NCBI RefSeq assembly: GCF_035594765.1
Contig: NC_085841.1
Coordinates: 300,957,402 to 301,021,401, forward strand
Direction of reading: 5' to 3'
Source: Anolis carolinensis
Lineage: Eukaryota
Length of the DNA stretch: 64,000 nt
Below are positions 11,691 to 24,179 of the stretch, one piece after another. The position numbers and the translations under genes were made by a program. The notes under the pieces are model-generated. The model made no database searches. It was not told the DNA's origin and worked only from the letters and a program-made list of their open reading frames with translations. Position 1 is the first letter of the stretch. Every line of letters begins with the position of its first letter.

Positions 11691-11841
11691 CAGGATAGAA
11701 ATTCATGACTAATAAAGAGTCATCTCGATTGGGAAGATAACTAGTAGCTCTGAATTCTTTCCTTAATTTTTCAGAGGTGGAAAATTTAGTCAAAAAAACG
11801 ACCCCTCTCCCCAACTGCTTCATTATCCATGGTCAATGTAA
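11691..11841. repeat. Right copy of the ~150-bp direct repeat flanking the RTE LINE
   Basis: Matches 10559-10712. Confidence 0.95.
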
Positions 11842-11916
11842 GTACTCTAACCTAATTCTTATAAAAATGAATTACCCACTTCTGTGAGTAGAATGGAGAA
11901 AGGTGAGAACGTAGAC

Positions 11917-11963
11917 CAGGGGCCCTCAGTCAGGGTCCTAAGTCTGAAACAATTTGAAGGCAC

Positions 11964-12012
<49 letters not shown>

Positions 12013-12243
12013 CCCTGATTCACTTGACCATCTCATTAGCCAAATGCAAGTCCACACTTCCCATTGAAATACGGATAAGTTTATATTGGTTAACATTGTT
12101 CTTCATTTAAATATTGCATTGTTCCTTGATGATTTTTTGCACTACAAATAAGATATGTGCAGTGTGCCTAGGAATTCATTTATTTATTTATAACCCACCC
12201 TCTCTCCCTGAAGGAACTCATTTTAAAAGTTTGAGGACCCCTG
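11917..12243. mobile_element. hAT-Charlie-like non-autonomous element containing a SINE tail with (CAA)n
   Basis: TIR CAGGGGCCCTCA / TGAGGACCCCTG; imperfect 8-bp TSD ACGTAGAC / GTCTAGAC; (CAA)n at about 11966-12013. Confidence 0.75.
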
Positions 12244-12297
12244 GTCTAGACCATCTTGCGAGAACCTAAAAGAAGCATTAACTCCCTCTATGCAGGC

Positions 12298-12442
12298 AGA
12301 ATCTACACTGCCCTATATGCCAGGATCTGATCCCAGATTATCTGTTTATCCCAGATTATCTGGCAGCATAGACTCATATAATCTAGTTCAAAGTAAATAA
12401 TCTGGGATCAGATCCTGGGATATAGGGCAGTGTATCCCAGCC
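12298..12442. mobile_element. Palindromic MITE, Harbinger-like
   Basis: TCTACACTGCCCTATAT.C.CAGGATCTGATCCCAGATTAT and its inverse; same subfamily as 7241-7378. Confidence 0.8.
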
Positions 12443-12710
12443 TCACACACCATAGTGCCAATTCTGGGTTTTAAAATGCCTGGTTATTAAAATGGCAGTG
12501 ATGATTCTATGGATCTTATCACACTTGGACATTTGGCTCCTTTCTCCTCTTTGGGGATGTGGCCAACCAAATGCCATCAGACAACGCTGGCTTGGCCCCA
12601 CCCCATTGAGCCCCAAAGTGGCGAGGAAGCATCACAAGATGCATCCTCACCCATGATGGAAAGTGCCTGGGCAGGGAAGTGGTGATGACAACAAATGGTC
12701 AGCCCCTTGA

Positions 12711-12860
12711 GGCCCCCTTCTACACTGCCATATAAAATCTAGATTATCTGCTTTGAACTGGATTATATGGCAAAGTAAACTAATATAATCCAGTTTAAAG
12801 CAAATAATGTGGATTATCTGCTTTGATAATTTGGATTATATGGCAGTGTGGGTGGGACCC
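12711..12860. mobile_element. Palindromic MITE, Harbinger-like
   Basis: GGCCCCCTTCTACACTGCCATATAA ... TTATATGGCAGTGTGGGTGGGACCC. Confidence 0.8.
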
Positions 12861-13671
12861 GAGGCAGCACTAGTGCTTTCCTCCCTCCATAGAATAACAC
12901 TTGCCTTATCCATGAATCATCACAAATTCTATAATTTTGCCCCCAAAGCTACCCTGTGAACATATAGAATATTATCAATGCAGCTTTCATTATCAACTGT
13001 AGTGAGAATTTGAACATTCATCTGCCATTTACAATCCCAAGGGAAATATATTCTAGAGCAAGAGGACATTTTATATTGGCAAGATGCTCACCAAACAAAA
13101 GCCTGCTTGCTCAGGTGGCACAGTAGGTCAGGGCAATCAATGAAAGTATGAGCAAGAAGGCTTAATGTTAAAGAACTTTTGTTCATGGCTCTTCAGTGTG
13201 CACGGTTTGGGGCTCTTGCTTTACTGAATGATGACCCTGCTTACTCAGAACTGAATTTGACATTCCAAACTGGTGGAGACATTTTAGGAAATTCTGCATG
13301 ATTCATTATGCAGCTAAGCCTTAAGAGCTTGAAAAATTCACAGTCTAAATTAATTACTGACCTCGGTGGCAAGGGTAATTACCAGCACTTGAAAGTAACT
13401 GATTAAATTTAACCAATTATGTGCTAGCTCTTTTCCATATTCCTTTAATGTAGCTTCAGTCGTGAATTTCTTGGTTAATCGTACTTGTTATTCCTGATGT
13501 GCATTGAATAAAAGCATTTGCCTTATTATTCATCATGTATCTCACTATTTATTGGGGAATGTTCTAAGAGAAGGAAGGTTGGAGAGGACTGGGATTCCTA
13601 GAAACAGGAGGTGACATGGAATGGACTTGAGATGCTGGCTTTTTCATATTAAACATGTTCTCGGTTGTTCT

Positions 13672-13910
13672 GGCTATTGGGTGTCTTCGTCATTTCAGAC
13701 TTATGGTGAATCTAAGGCAAACCTATCAGAGAGTTTCCCTGACAAGATTTGTTCAAGAAACTGGGGGGGGGGGGGGCATAGCCTTCCTCTGAGTTTGAGA
13801 GAGAGAGTGGCTTTATCAGGACCACCCAGTGGGTTTCCGTGGCTGTATGGGATTTGAAACCCTGGTTTCCAGAGAATCCTTGTCAAATACCCAAACCACC
13901 ATTATGGCTC
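13672..13910 (-). mobile_element. Old SINE with CORE/MIR-like body and RTE-like tail
   Basis: Reverse complement of the family at 24180-24390; related copies at 6307-6372, 14389-14604 and 63775-63960 (GTGTGCCTTCAAGTC..GACTTATGG..ACCC end). Confidence 0.65.
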
Positions 13911-14388
13911 AAGCATTTATATATGCAGACTATTTATTGTGGTTCTACATGATTGGGGAGTGAGCAGGAGCAATTATTCCATAATAAAGCGAATATATTC
14001 TGCATACAGAGCTGATAAAAATGTCATCACTGGGGCTTACATTCAATATCAAACATGCCACTCTCTGTAAATCCCATGGCTTCTTTACAAACCCTAATGA
14101 TTTAATTTAAAAATTCTCACCTCCAGCATTTCATAGAGTTTGATCAAGATAGCAAATGTTATCGAGATACATACAAGGTAGGAGAGTGTGCAGCAGTTTG
14201 CTTTTGCCTGAAACTATGAGAAAGGGTGAAGATTTTGCTCCCTGCCCTTCCTATTGAGTCAACTGAGTGCAAAGCGTTTTGCGCTTTGAACTCATTTTGC
14301 AGTGGTTGAAGTCAGCTGAGGACAAACAGGACATGGAAGGACAAAAAAAAGGGGGGAGGCATTTTTAAAGCAGCTAAAAAAAGTGGAA

Positions 14389-14604
14389 TGTGTGTACCTT
14401 CAAGTTACCTGTCAACTTATGGCAACCCTATAGATTTCCTAGCAGTTTCTTAGGCACTAAATAATCCAAGGTGGTTTTTCTAGCTCCTCCTTCTGAAATT
14501 TAGCCCACAGCACCTGGTATTTATTTGTGGTTTCCCATTCAAATACTGACTAGGGCTGACCCTATTTATTTTACAAAGTGAGATAGGCTTTGGTGCCTTT
14601 AAGG
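14389..14604 (-). mobile_element. Old SINE-like element sharing the GTGTGCCTTCAAG/ACTTATGGC tail
   Basis: Tail shared with the copies at 6307 and 13672; the head CCCATTCAAATACTGACTAGGGCTGACCCT is different. Confidence 0.55.
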
Positions 14605-14625
14605 TATTGGGACATCAGAGGATTA

Positions 14626-14946
14626 AGGTAAGGGAAAATCTTTTCTCCCAACATTAAGTCCAGTTGTGTCCGACTCTGGGGGTTGGTGCTCATCTCCATT
14701 TATAAGCCGAAGAGCTGGCGTTGTCCGTAGACATCTCCAAGGTCATGTGGCCAGCATGACTGCATGCAGCGCCGTTATCCTCCCGCTGGATGGTAAATAT
14801 TGATCTACTCACATTTGCATGCTTTCAAACTGCTAAATTGGCAAAAGCTGGGGCTAACAGCGGGCGCTCACTCTACTCCCGGGAATTGAACCTGTGACCT
14901 TTCGGTCTGCAAGTTCAGCAGCTTAGCGTTTTAACACGCTGTGCCA
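14626..14946 (-). mobile_element. Sauria SINE, near full length
   Basis: Colinear with 17637-17967; tRNA-like B box; approximate TSD AGGATTAA. Confidence 0.9.
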
Positions 14947-15476
14947 GAAGGATTAATAAGGATTAATCATGAATCCTATGATTCTAGGACTCTCTCTGCC
15001 TAAATGGGACCACTAGAGAGGATTAATTAATTATTAAAATTCTACTTCTTTCCACACGGATGGAAACTATTTTCTCCATTTCTTGTTACCAATAGGAATT
15101 TATTCATTTTAATATCTAATACTCCAAGGTCTAGTGATTGCTAGTGAATACATTAACATCTTTACTTTTAAAACTGTGCTTGTTTTTCAGGAGTGTTTTT
15201 ATGTGTTCAGTAAAATAAACAGCTTTAAGTTCTCTATAAGTGCTGTAAGAATATAGAAGTCCTAATGTTTACCCTAGTGAAGGTTAGATATGTGGAATGT
15301 GACAGTTTGAAATGATTTCTGAGAACACCAGTGTTTTCAAAACTCTGTTGAGCTTTGAGGTGTAAATGCATTCAAGTGAAGAGTCTGCTCATCAGTTCAG
15401 CAAAAAATTCGATCATAGGAATTAAATGCCTTTTAAAAACTATTTCTTAAATAATGCAAAAAGGACAAATAATACT

Positions 15477-15658
15477 GTGTTGTCAAAGGCTTTCATGGCC
15501 AGAATCACTGGGTTGTTGTGCATGGCTATGTTCCAGAAGCATTCTCTCCTGACATTTTGCCCACATCTATAGTAGGCATCCTCAGAGGTTGTGAGGTATA
15601 TTGGAAAACTAAGCAGGGGGGTTTATATATCTGTGGAAGGTTCAGGGTGGGAAAAGGA
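15477..15658. mobile_element. Penelope-like element terminal fragment
   Basis: TGTGTTGTC.AAGGCTTTCATGGCC.GAATCACTGGG...TCTCCTGACATTTTGCC...GGCATCCTCAGAGG, recalled as the terminal/hammerhead region of squamate Penelope-like elements. Confidence 0.7.
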
Positions 15659-16244
15659 CAAATAATATTTCTCTTTGTTTGCATGACTTATAGCTGTTGC
15701 AGTACTGGAAGATTAATGGTTTCTGCATTTCGTTTGTTTTAAAAAAACCAAATTGATTGAGTCCTTGGTTATGATGACTGAAAGTCATCCAAGGAATGCC
15801 TATCTGATACTTGTATGACAGGGATTGGTCTCATCTGTCACATCTTTAGACATGCCAGTCTTTTAAAAGGAATTTAAGTGTTTGCTTTTAGAACTACTGA
15901 CTTGACTTATGAATCTATCATAAGAGCACTTGTGCACGAAATAACAAATTCACATTGGTAAGGCAGTTGTCACACTGAATGGAAATTGTGAAACAGTACA
16001 TCCATATAAAAAAGAAGTTATTTTGTCTTCTTGTGTCCCAGATACTAGGAGGAAGGGAAATTTGTATCAGATGTAAAGGAAGAAGGAAGGGTTCCTAGCA
16101 TCTTGCCCTGTGAGAGGTGGATATCTTGCAGCCTTCCAATTCTTGTGGAACTGCAACTACCATGAACCTTATCCTGGATAGCCAGTGATGATAACTATTG
16201 AGAGTAAGGCACGTCTGTTCCTTACTTCCATGGTGTTCTTAGTA

Positions 16245-16582
16245 CAGTATGACACCCCCCCCCCACCCCCCACCCCCGTCATGTCCATGGGACCAGTACC
16301 TACAGTTTCATTTTGTTGTAACTGACAAAGTATGCCCTCTCTAAGCATTTCCTAGATCCTCCAAAACATCTCCATGATATGCTTCCATTAGAAGTTGACC
16401 ACATAGTCATGCTGGAGAACCTAGGAATATGTATTCAGGTAGCTTTTCTAGGGCCTCTGGCACAACACTATGGTATGCTTCTGCTGAAAATCATGTATTT
16501 AATAGAGTTCACTATTATCCACAATTTTCACTAACCATGGTAAGACTGAGAATGCACCCCTGTTGATATAGGGTTTGTACTG
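16245..16582. mobile_element. Degraded Tc1/mariner (Tigger-like) MITE
   Basis: TA|CAGTA... ...TACTG|TA termini; related fragments at 17060-17240 and 54404-54530. Confidence 0.55.
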
Positions 16583-16735
16583 TATCTTGGAGTTCTCAAA
16601 AGTGGCATTGGGTTGGGATGGTCCTCCACTTACCACTCAAATCACTGTAAGTTTATAGAATATCACCCCACACTTCAAAGTCTCATTTGAAAACAAAGGG
16701 AGGAGGGCCACTGGTGATGAAAAATAATGACTACA

Positions 16736-16967
16736 GCCTGGGGCTGTGGCGCAGACGGGAGAGCAAACCAGCTGGAATTAACTGCAATGAATCACTCTGA
16801 CCAGGAGGTCATGAGTTCGAGGCCCGCTCAGAGCTATGTTGTTTGTCTTTGTCCTATGTTAAAAGGCATTGAATGTTTGCCTATATGTGTAATGTGATCC
16901 GCCCTGAGTCCCCTTCGGGGTGAGAAGGGCGGAATATAAATGCTGTAAATAAATAAATAAATAAATA
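16736..16967 (+). mobile_element. tRNA-derived SINE with L2-type tail (Anolis SINE2-like)
   Basis: A box TGGCGCAG, B box GAGTTCGAGGCC; tail GCCCTGAGTCCCCTTCGGGGTGAGAAGGGCGG plus (TAAA)n; tail paralogues at 21284-21346, 29140-29240 and 49440-49560. Confidence 0.85.
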
Positions 16968-17636
16968 CGTAGTGAGTCAAGCCATGTTTTGCACATTCTT
17001 AAATAGAAACTATAAATTTTCATTATAGAACAGTTTCTTTCCAAATTAGTTACAAAATATACTGCCAGATTCTATGGTCAGCTTCCAGTGGAAGATGGCC
17101 ATACAGTCAGACTGGAAGACCTAGATATTCTAAGAGAGTTTTCCCTCCAGTAAAATAATAGCAATTTTTATTCATTGCTTTTCACTTTCATAGGGGTCTT
17201 GTAACCTTAAACTCAGAGAATGTGGAGGGCTGACTGTACTTGAGCCAGGAGTATACAATGGAATTTTACTGGAGGACCCAAAGAGGACCAAAAACACTTA
17301 CAGGAGGCAATAGCTTTTGGAGAGAGGATAAGTGAAACTGTAGATATTGAATCCATGAATAAGGATTTCTTCAGAATGAGAGTGGTAGTGTGAGTTTGAC
17401 CAATCAAGTTCTACTTTTGGAGTTTCAACCTGCCTGTCTTCTCCTCGGTCTGATGCAATCATTGGTGTCATGCCCCTTGTTGCCTAGCTATAGCCTTGCC
17501 AACTCAAAAAAGACTGAAAAGAATAGAAAAACTTAAGTGAATGAATAAAAGAACATATCCACTATATGTTAGCAACAACAACAACAACAACAACAACAAA
17601 CAATAACATGCTGTCTCCAAAAACTTGCCTAGAGAG

Positions 17637-17967
17637 GTAAAGGTAAAGGTTTTCCCCTGACATTAAGTCTAATCATGTCCAACTCTGGGGGGTTGGTGCT
17701 CATCTCCATTCTAAGCCGAAGAGCTGGTGTTGTCAGTAGACACCTCCAAAGTCATGTGGCCAGCATGACTACATGGAGCGCTGTTACCTTCCCGCCGGAG
17801 CGGTACCTATTGATCTACTCACATTTGCATGTTTTCGAACAGCTAGGTTGGCAGAAGCTGGGACTAACAGCGGGAGCTCACCCTGCTCCCTGGATTCAAA
17901 CCTGCAACCTTTTGGTCAGGAAGTTCAGCAGCTCAGTGGTTTAACCCACTGCACCACCGGGGGCTCC
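17637..17967 (-). mobile_element. Sauria SINE, full length
   Basis: Head GGAGCCCCCGGTGGTGCAGTGGGTTAA, (ACCTTT)n tail; perfect 12-bp TSD TTGCCTAGAGAG at 17625-17636 and 17968-17979. Confidence 0.95.
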
Positions 17968-19382
17968 TTGCCTAGAGAGAGTGAAGAGGAAATCCATACA
18001 TTTGCTATTCAGCATCTCTCCTGAAAAAAAATTGTACAAGTAGCAAAGGAGTGTCACCACTATCTTACATTTACAATTTTGTGTGTGTTTTCACACCTCA
18101 GATGTTGCAGTTTTTTGTCATTTCCTAAAATGATGAAAACAATAATACAGATTAGGACTAGTTTGAACAAAACATATCTGTGGACTCTGATCTTTTAAAA
18201 ATCCCTTTCTGTGTAAACATACCACTATAGACAAATATGCGGACCAGGGAGCAGATGAAGGCAGAATAAGCCATTGGATGAAAAAGATTCTCCCTCAATG
18301 CTACACAAACAGCAAACACAGTAGCAGCTGCCGTGTCTTTTATTTTAATGTCTTATGTTTATTTATATCCTGCTTTATCTCTCCATACGGAGACTTAAAG
18401 CTCACAACTAAAAACATTTCAATACAACTTAAAATATACAAATATACAAATATTAAAACAGTATTAAACAAGATTAGTATTAAAACAATCCAGATTTTTT
18501 TAAAAAAACATAAAAGCCTATAAAATCACATCACAAATCACAGCAGCCCTTGATGGTCTTCCACCTAGTTGGTTTTTGTAGCCAGACACACAAGGTCCCA
18601 ATTCATATAGCCATTTTTATACAAACAGGTGATCAGTCATATCTAGCACCACTCAAATGCTCAAGAAGTGGGCTTTTTATTTGCTTAAAGGTCAAATAGA
18701 AAATCAAATCCATGAAACTAAGAGATATTATTAAAGTAAGAGATAAAGAAACACTTGTGCATTTGGTGCCTGAAAATAGAAGAGAAATCCAACAAAGGAC
18801 CAACACTTGTCTGGATGGTTCAAGGGTTGAAATGAAACCGTTCATTTCAGTTTTGCTATTTTTGCTATGGAAAAGAGATGGAAAAGTACCACCATAACAA
18901 ATCCAGTTCTTTTCATCTTCTTTTTTCAACATTGGAAAGCTAGTTAAATAGTTTGGAAATGAGTTTGAAAAAAAGAATAAAAGAAAGAAGTTATAAGTGC
19001 CAATCTTAATTTTAAAACATAATTCAGATTATGGGGGGTGTGTGTCTGTTTTCAATACATGATTTTCCTGACATTGTAGTAAGTTACATGAGTAACTTAC
19101 ATAGGACTGGGCTGTTAAAAACGCAAATGACATATCTAAATTGCAATTTTGTGTGAACAAACAATAATTTTCTGCTTTAACGTCTTGATGCTGGGTCTGT
19201 CTGGTCTTGTTCAGTCTATTGTATTTGGCAGGAGGTTGTACATAATCTGTTGATGATGAATACCCACTCTCCCACTTCTTTATCTCTCGATCCATTACTG
19301 GAAAATATTATCCTAAACTTTATGAATAACTTAAATAACCTCAGTCTCTTTGTTCATGTTTTCTGTGGGAAGGGGGTTTGCA

Positions 19383-19712
19383 CAGGTTGAGTATTCCTTA
19401 TCTGGAATTCTGAAATACTCCAAAATTGCCCAGGTGGGTGACTGAGATAGTGACACCTTTGCTTTCTGATGGTTTAATGTGTATAAACTTTGTATCATAC
19501 ACAGCATTNNNNNNNNNNNNNNNNNNNNNNNNNNNNNNNNNNNNNNNNNNNNNNNNNNNNNNNNNNNNNNNNNNNNNNNNNNNNNNNNNNNNNNNNNNNN
19601 NNNNNNNNNNNNNNNNNNNNNNNNNNNNNNNNNNNNNNNNNNNNNNNNNNNNNNNNNNNNNNNNNNNAGCACCTTTGGTTCTGAGCATTTCAGATAAGGG
19701 ATGCTAAATGTG
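19383..19712. mobile_element. Tigger-like MITE spanning an assembly gap
   Basis: TIR CAGGTTGAGTATTCCTTATC / GATAAGGGATGCTAAATGTG; colinear with 31921-32249. Confidence 0.8.
19509..19667. other. Assembly gap (159 N)
   Basis: Run of N. Confidence 1.
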
Positions 19713-21370
19713 TAGTTTGTGAATATTAGCAGTATAAATGTTTTAACTTTGTGTGTTTTGTTATTTATCTTAAAGAAAGGAATATATACATAGTGCCTGT
19801 TTTTTTTTTTATTATCAGAACAGAGTTTGCAGATGCAAATAGGCAAAAGGTCAACATAATAATTTGATTAAATACACACACACACATCCCTGGATGATAT
19901 TGTGATGAGATGGCACTATCAATACATTTGGTGTTCTAGGTGGTATGTAATGTGAATCATTTATAAAGCTGAGTATGCTAGTGAAATAGATAAATAGTGT
20001 GTTGAATGGTCATGGTGATGTTATATTAGTTTCACTCTATTTCTGTGAATCAAGCAAGGGCGAATTACCTTTTAAATTCAGAATGTTTAAAGGTTGGTGG
20101 GTAAAAGGAAAGCTTGGAAATAGAGTTTGGCAACCTGATGTTTGCTCAGCCTGATGAAATGTCGTGCAGAATTCAAATACTTGCTTACAGCTTCATGAAA
20201 AATTTGTTCGAGCCTTATGAGGGTTGGATCCAAGATCTGCTTTCTGTGGGTGAATTAGCTTTGCTGATCAAAGGAGCACCCATCCAATTTTTAAGATCAC
20301 ATACTATCTAACTGTCTCAGTTTGGCAAGAATAAGCCTGATTATTCCTACTGATCTCCCACTTTGAAATGTTCCCGTTTCTCTCTCTTTCTCCTCCCACT
20401 TCTCCCATTTGTCCCCATCTTACTTCAATTGCCACAAAGTTCAAAATGTGAAAGTAATTTGCACTCAACTCAGTAGAGGGAAAGTGGACCGGGAAGAAGG
20501 GAGAAAGAAGAAGTACAGTGACATCACTACAGTAACTCATTGTGTCCCCTATATGGATCTCCTCCTATATCAGACTATATCACAATATTGAAGCTAAAGT
20601 TCCAGAATCTTCAAGTAGCCATATCCTCCTCACCTCCTGCATCCTGAGATTATACATGTGTGTGCACTCCAGAGAGTTACCACTACTGCCCAGAGAATTA
20701 TTGGATACCTTCTCCCCTCTTTGGAAGAACTTTCCACTGCCTTAAGAAAGATCTATTTAACCCTAGATATTCTTTTACCATCTGGAAGATGGTATAGGAT
20801 GATTTAAAAAAGGACAAATAGGCTGAGAGATAGCCTTTTATTCTAGAGCTGTGACCATATTGAACTCTATGGGCTCACACTGATGTAGCATTAGGGGTTG
20901 TGCAATAGTGATTAGAATGTGGAAGGATGAGTGCTTTGTTTTGCAATTCTACATATATTATGTGATTGGGAATGGCATTTGATTCTATTGTATTCTAAAC
21001 ACATATACACATAAAAAAGCATATAGCTCCCACTGCAGCAGCTGCAGTGTGGGGTGGTCAGCCTGTAAGACAGCATGGAAAGAGCAGGAAATTTGAAGTG
21101 TATCGGTAGCCCATTCAGCAGCAGAAATGTGTATCTCAATAATCAGGAGTGCAAATTAAGCCCATGTTTATCTTCACATATTAAAGCACACTGCACAAAA
21201 GACTGTGTGTTGGCACACGATGGGTAAAACACGGACAGCCGTTGCTGGAGTCAAAAGTTGCCTTAGCTGCTGGGAGAGCAGTTTATTTATTTATTTATTT
21301 ACTTACAGTATTTATATTCTGCCCTTCTCACCCTGAAGGAGACTCAATTGGGTATATGGGGGTTTATTTC

Positions 21371-21621
21371 CATGTCAGGAGTGACTTGTGAAATGGCAAA
21401 TCACTTCTGGTAAGAGAGGCTAGGCTGTCTGCAAGGACGTTGCCCAGGGGACACCTGAATGTTTGATGTTTTACCATCCTATAGGAAGCTTCTCTCGTGT
21501 CCCCGCATGGGGAGCTGGAGCTGACAGAGGGAGCTCACCAACTTTCCTGGGATTCGAACCACTGACTTGTCAGTCAGCAGTCCTGCTGGCACAAGGATTT
21601 AACCCATTGCGCCACTGGGGG
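21371..21621 (-). mobile_element. Sauria-head SINE with alternative 3' body
   Basis: Reverse complement of the family at 35778-36037 and 47788-48044; B box GGTTCGAATCC. Confidence 0.85.
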
Positions 21622-22779
21622 TGTGGAAAGAAAAGAAGAGGGTGTAAAAGGAGAGGTGAAGGGCAGAAACACTGCAAATGTGTGGGAAAGAGCCAAGGGA
21701 GCAAAGATGACTGTACAGCATACTTGGCTGCTGCTGTCCTTGCCACCTTGCCCACCTCTGTCCCCCACTGCTCATGGTTGGTGCCACACCCTCTGATGAG
21801 GTCCCACACCTTCCACACCACTGGAGGAGGGGGTGGAATCTTATCCTTACCATCAAAAGTAAACAGCTGCAGACTAGCTTGTGTGTTCTTCCTCGTTTAT
21901 TTTGCCATCCTGCCCATCTGTAACCACACATATTCTGCTTTTTATCTGTTAAATGTTGAAGGTTGCCTAATGTGCTACATTTTCAAAGGCAGGACAGAAT
22001 AGGCAAACCCAATTTCTGTATTCCTCAATCTAGTCCCAATTTTGTATTTGCATGTTTACTTAGCAAATCCTTCTGCGTTCACTCAGATTTATTCCCAGGT
22101 AAATGTGGAAAGAAAGATAGCTATCCCCCAACATTGTCCATCATTTCCACCACTGTCTCAGTTCTGCAATACCTTCACTATGCCTTCCACAACTATGGAA
22201 ACTCTCTTCTTTCATTCCTTAGATTAATCATTCCAACAGAAAACTATATTGTAAGAAAGATGTACTTTATCTGAATTGCACTGTCACATTTTCCAATGTT
22301 TGTTTTTTCTCCAGGTCTTTCTGTTATATTCCTAATATAAGATGTTTGTGTTTGAGAGAATGGGAGATGTCAGGTATGCAGAGCAACAGAAAGGAGATAC
22401 TAGAATTAGCATTGTGTATATGATATTTTTGTACAAATGAACTACAACAAAGTGGCAATAAGGTTGGAGGAAAGTATGCCATAGACCACTGAATCTGGTA
22501 TCCACCCAGGGATGACTGGGATTTTGTACCGTATATTGTTGAAGTGAAACAAAGTGGGTGGCTCGACTATTTGATATGCTGCATTTTGTTTTCATATCAA
22601 ACAATAAGACTTATTACAGAGATTTTAGCCAATGTTGTTAAAACAAAATAGCCTATAATGAAAATAGACATGTGCAGATCTTTAGTTTTAAAAAAATTGC
22701 TTTCAGCACCATCTCTTTTGTGCCTTCTTTTTTATTACAGTTCACTTCTCTTAATAGCCATACCCCTGTAAAATGAAAT

Positions 22780-22782
<3 letters not shown>

Positions 22783-22815
<33 letters not shown>

Positions 22816-22836
22816 ACACACATACACACACACACA
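22783..22836. repeat. Compound (CT)n/(CA)n microsatellite
   Basis: Direct reading. Confidence 0.95.
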
Positions 22837-24179
22837 TATTTAGAATACAGTAAGTCATGTTGTTGCAATTGTGCTGTGCTTTTGTTTCCTAGGATCTTTA
22901 AACTAGATGCGGTGTCTTTTCACCTTTTTGTAATGAGGGCACAGGGTTACAGCAAGTCTCCAAGGTGCCCTGCTCCTCTAGCTTCCAATATTTCATGAAA
23001 TTGCATCAGAGTGACTACAGTTTTCAGAGACTATAGTGTCGCACATGAGTTCAGCTCCTAGAGGGAGCGGAATTGGATACGTATGACACATTACATGCTG
23101 TAAAATGAAAGGCCTTGCCCTGCAGGGGTGAGCTTTTTGTTTCAAAGTGATAATACTGCAGTCTGCTCCTACGCACACAGAGGGCTTGAACTCCATTTAG
23201 TTTTTACTCTTGTGTCTTCATGGTATCATCACTCACCAGAATGGAACTGCCTGGTTGTACGGCACCTTTCCCTATGCACATGAGCACCATTAGTTTAATG
23301 AGCTCATGATGAGCAGTAGATAGCTTGAAGACCATTCCAAACTAAGGCTTTAAAATAATCCTGGCTAAGCTTATCTGAGGCCAAGAGGTCTCCGAACTTT
23401 GCATTCAATGTGTTTTTGGAGAGCCTTTGCAAAATCGTTCCCAGCAGGGCTGTTGAATCACACAAGGAAGAAATTATCTTGAAGAACAACCGCAAGACCT
23501 CTGTCTAGATTAGATGCCAGAAACAAATGTGTTATCCCCTCACTTATTTTCCCTCTCATCATGCATTCCTTGCTCAGAGTTAATATTTGGGCACACTACC
23601 TAGCTGTGATTTCTTTGTTTGTAATTTGTCGTGAATCATACTGTGATAGGTGACCCCTATAAACTGAACCTCAGCTTATGGTGACAAATGACTCTATTAC
23701 CTGCTGTCTTAACACACCGTGCAGGTTGATCCTAACACATCTTGGAGAATGGAGAAAGAAAACCTCATCAAGGAGAGCAAGGGGGCTGAAATGAGGTCAG
23801 ACTCCAGTGGCAGGACATTGCGACAGATTAGATCTATAAATGAACCTTGATGAAAGGCAGAGCTTTCTCTTTGGACTCCCAAGATTTAAAATAGGCCAAC
23901 TAAGACCTTTGTAGAACCACACGAGGGCGCTAATCACTTGATAATGGCAGTGATAAGTTAATTTGATAATATTGCAGCTGCCAAGCAATCAGGTCAGGCC
24001 CACTGCTTCCCATACAAATTCTTCTGTTGAAATGTCCTAACAAATGATGGTGTCTGATAAATCTACATTGCTCAGAGTTTTGCTTTATCTTGACTCAATT
24101 CCCAGTAATGAGAGTGGAGGAATTCATTCCTTCGCATCCTTTCCAGTATTTGTGACTTCCCTTAGTTTCTGAGGTTGTG

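Noticed and set aside
10559-11841. The 150-bp direct repeats as LTRs
   Set aside because: No TG..CA termini or outer TSD; the enclosed ORF is a non-LTR RTE; and the repeat includes part of an older MITE that continues beyond the right copy.
16736-16830. tRNA gene
   Set aside because: The A/B boxes belong to a SINE head; no cloverleaf, and it is followed by a LINE-type tail. The same applies to the Sauria heads.
19331-19846. ORFs spanning the N run
   Set aside because: Artefacts of the assembly gap.
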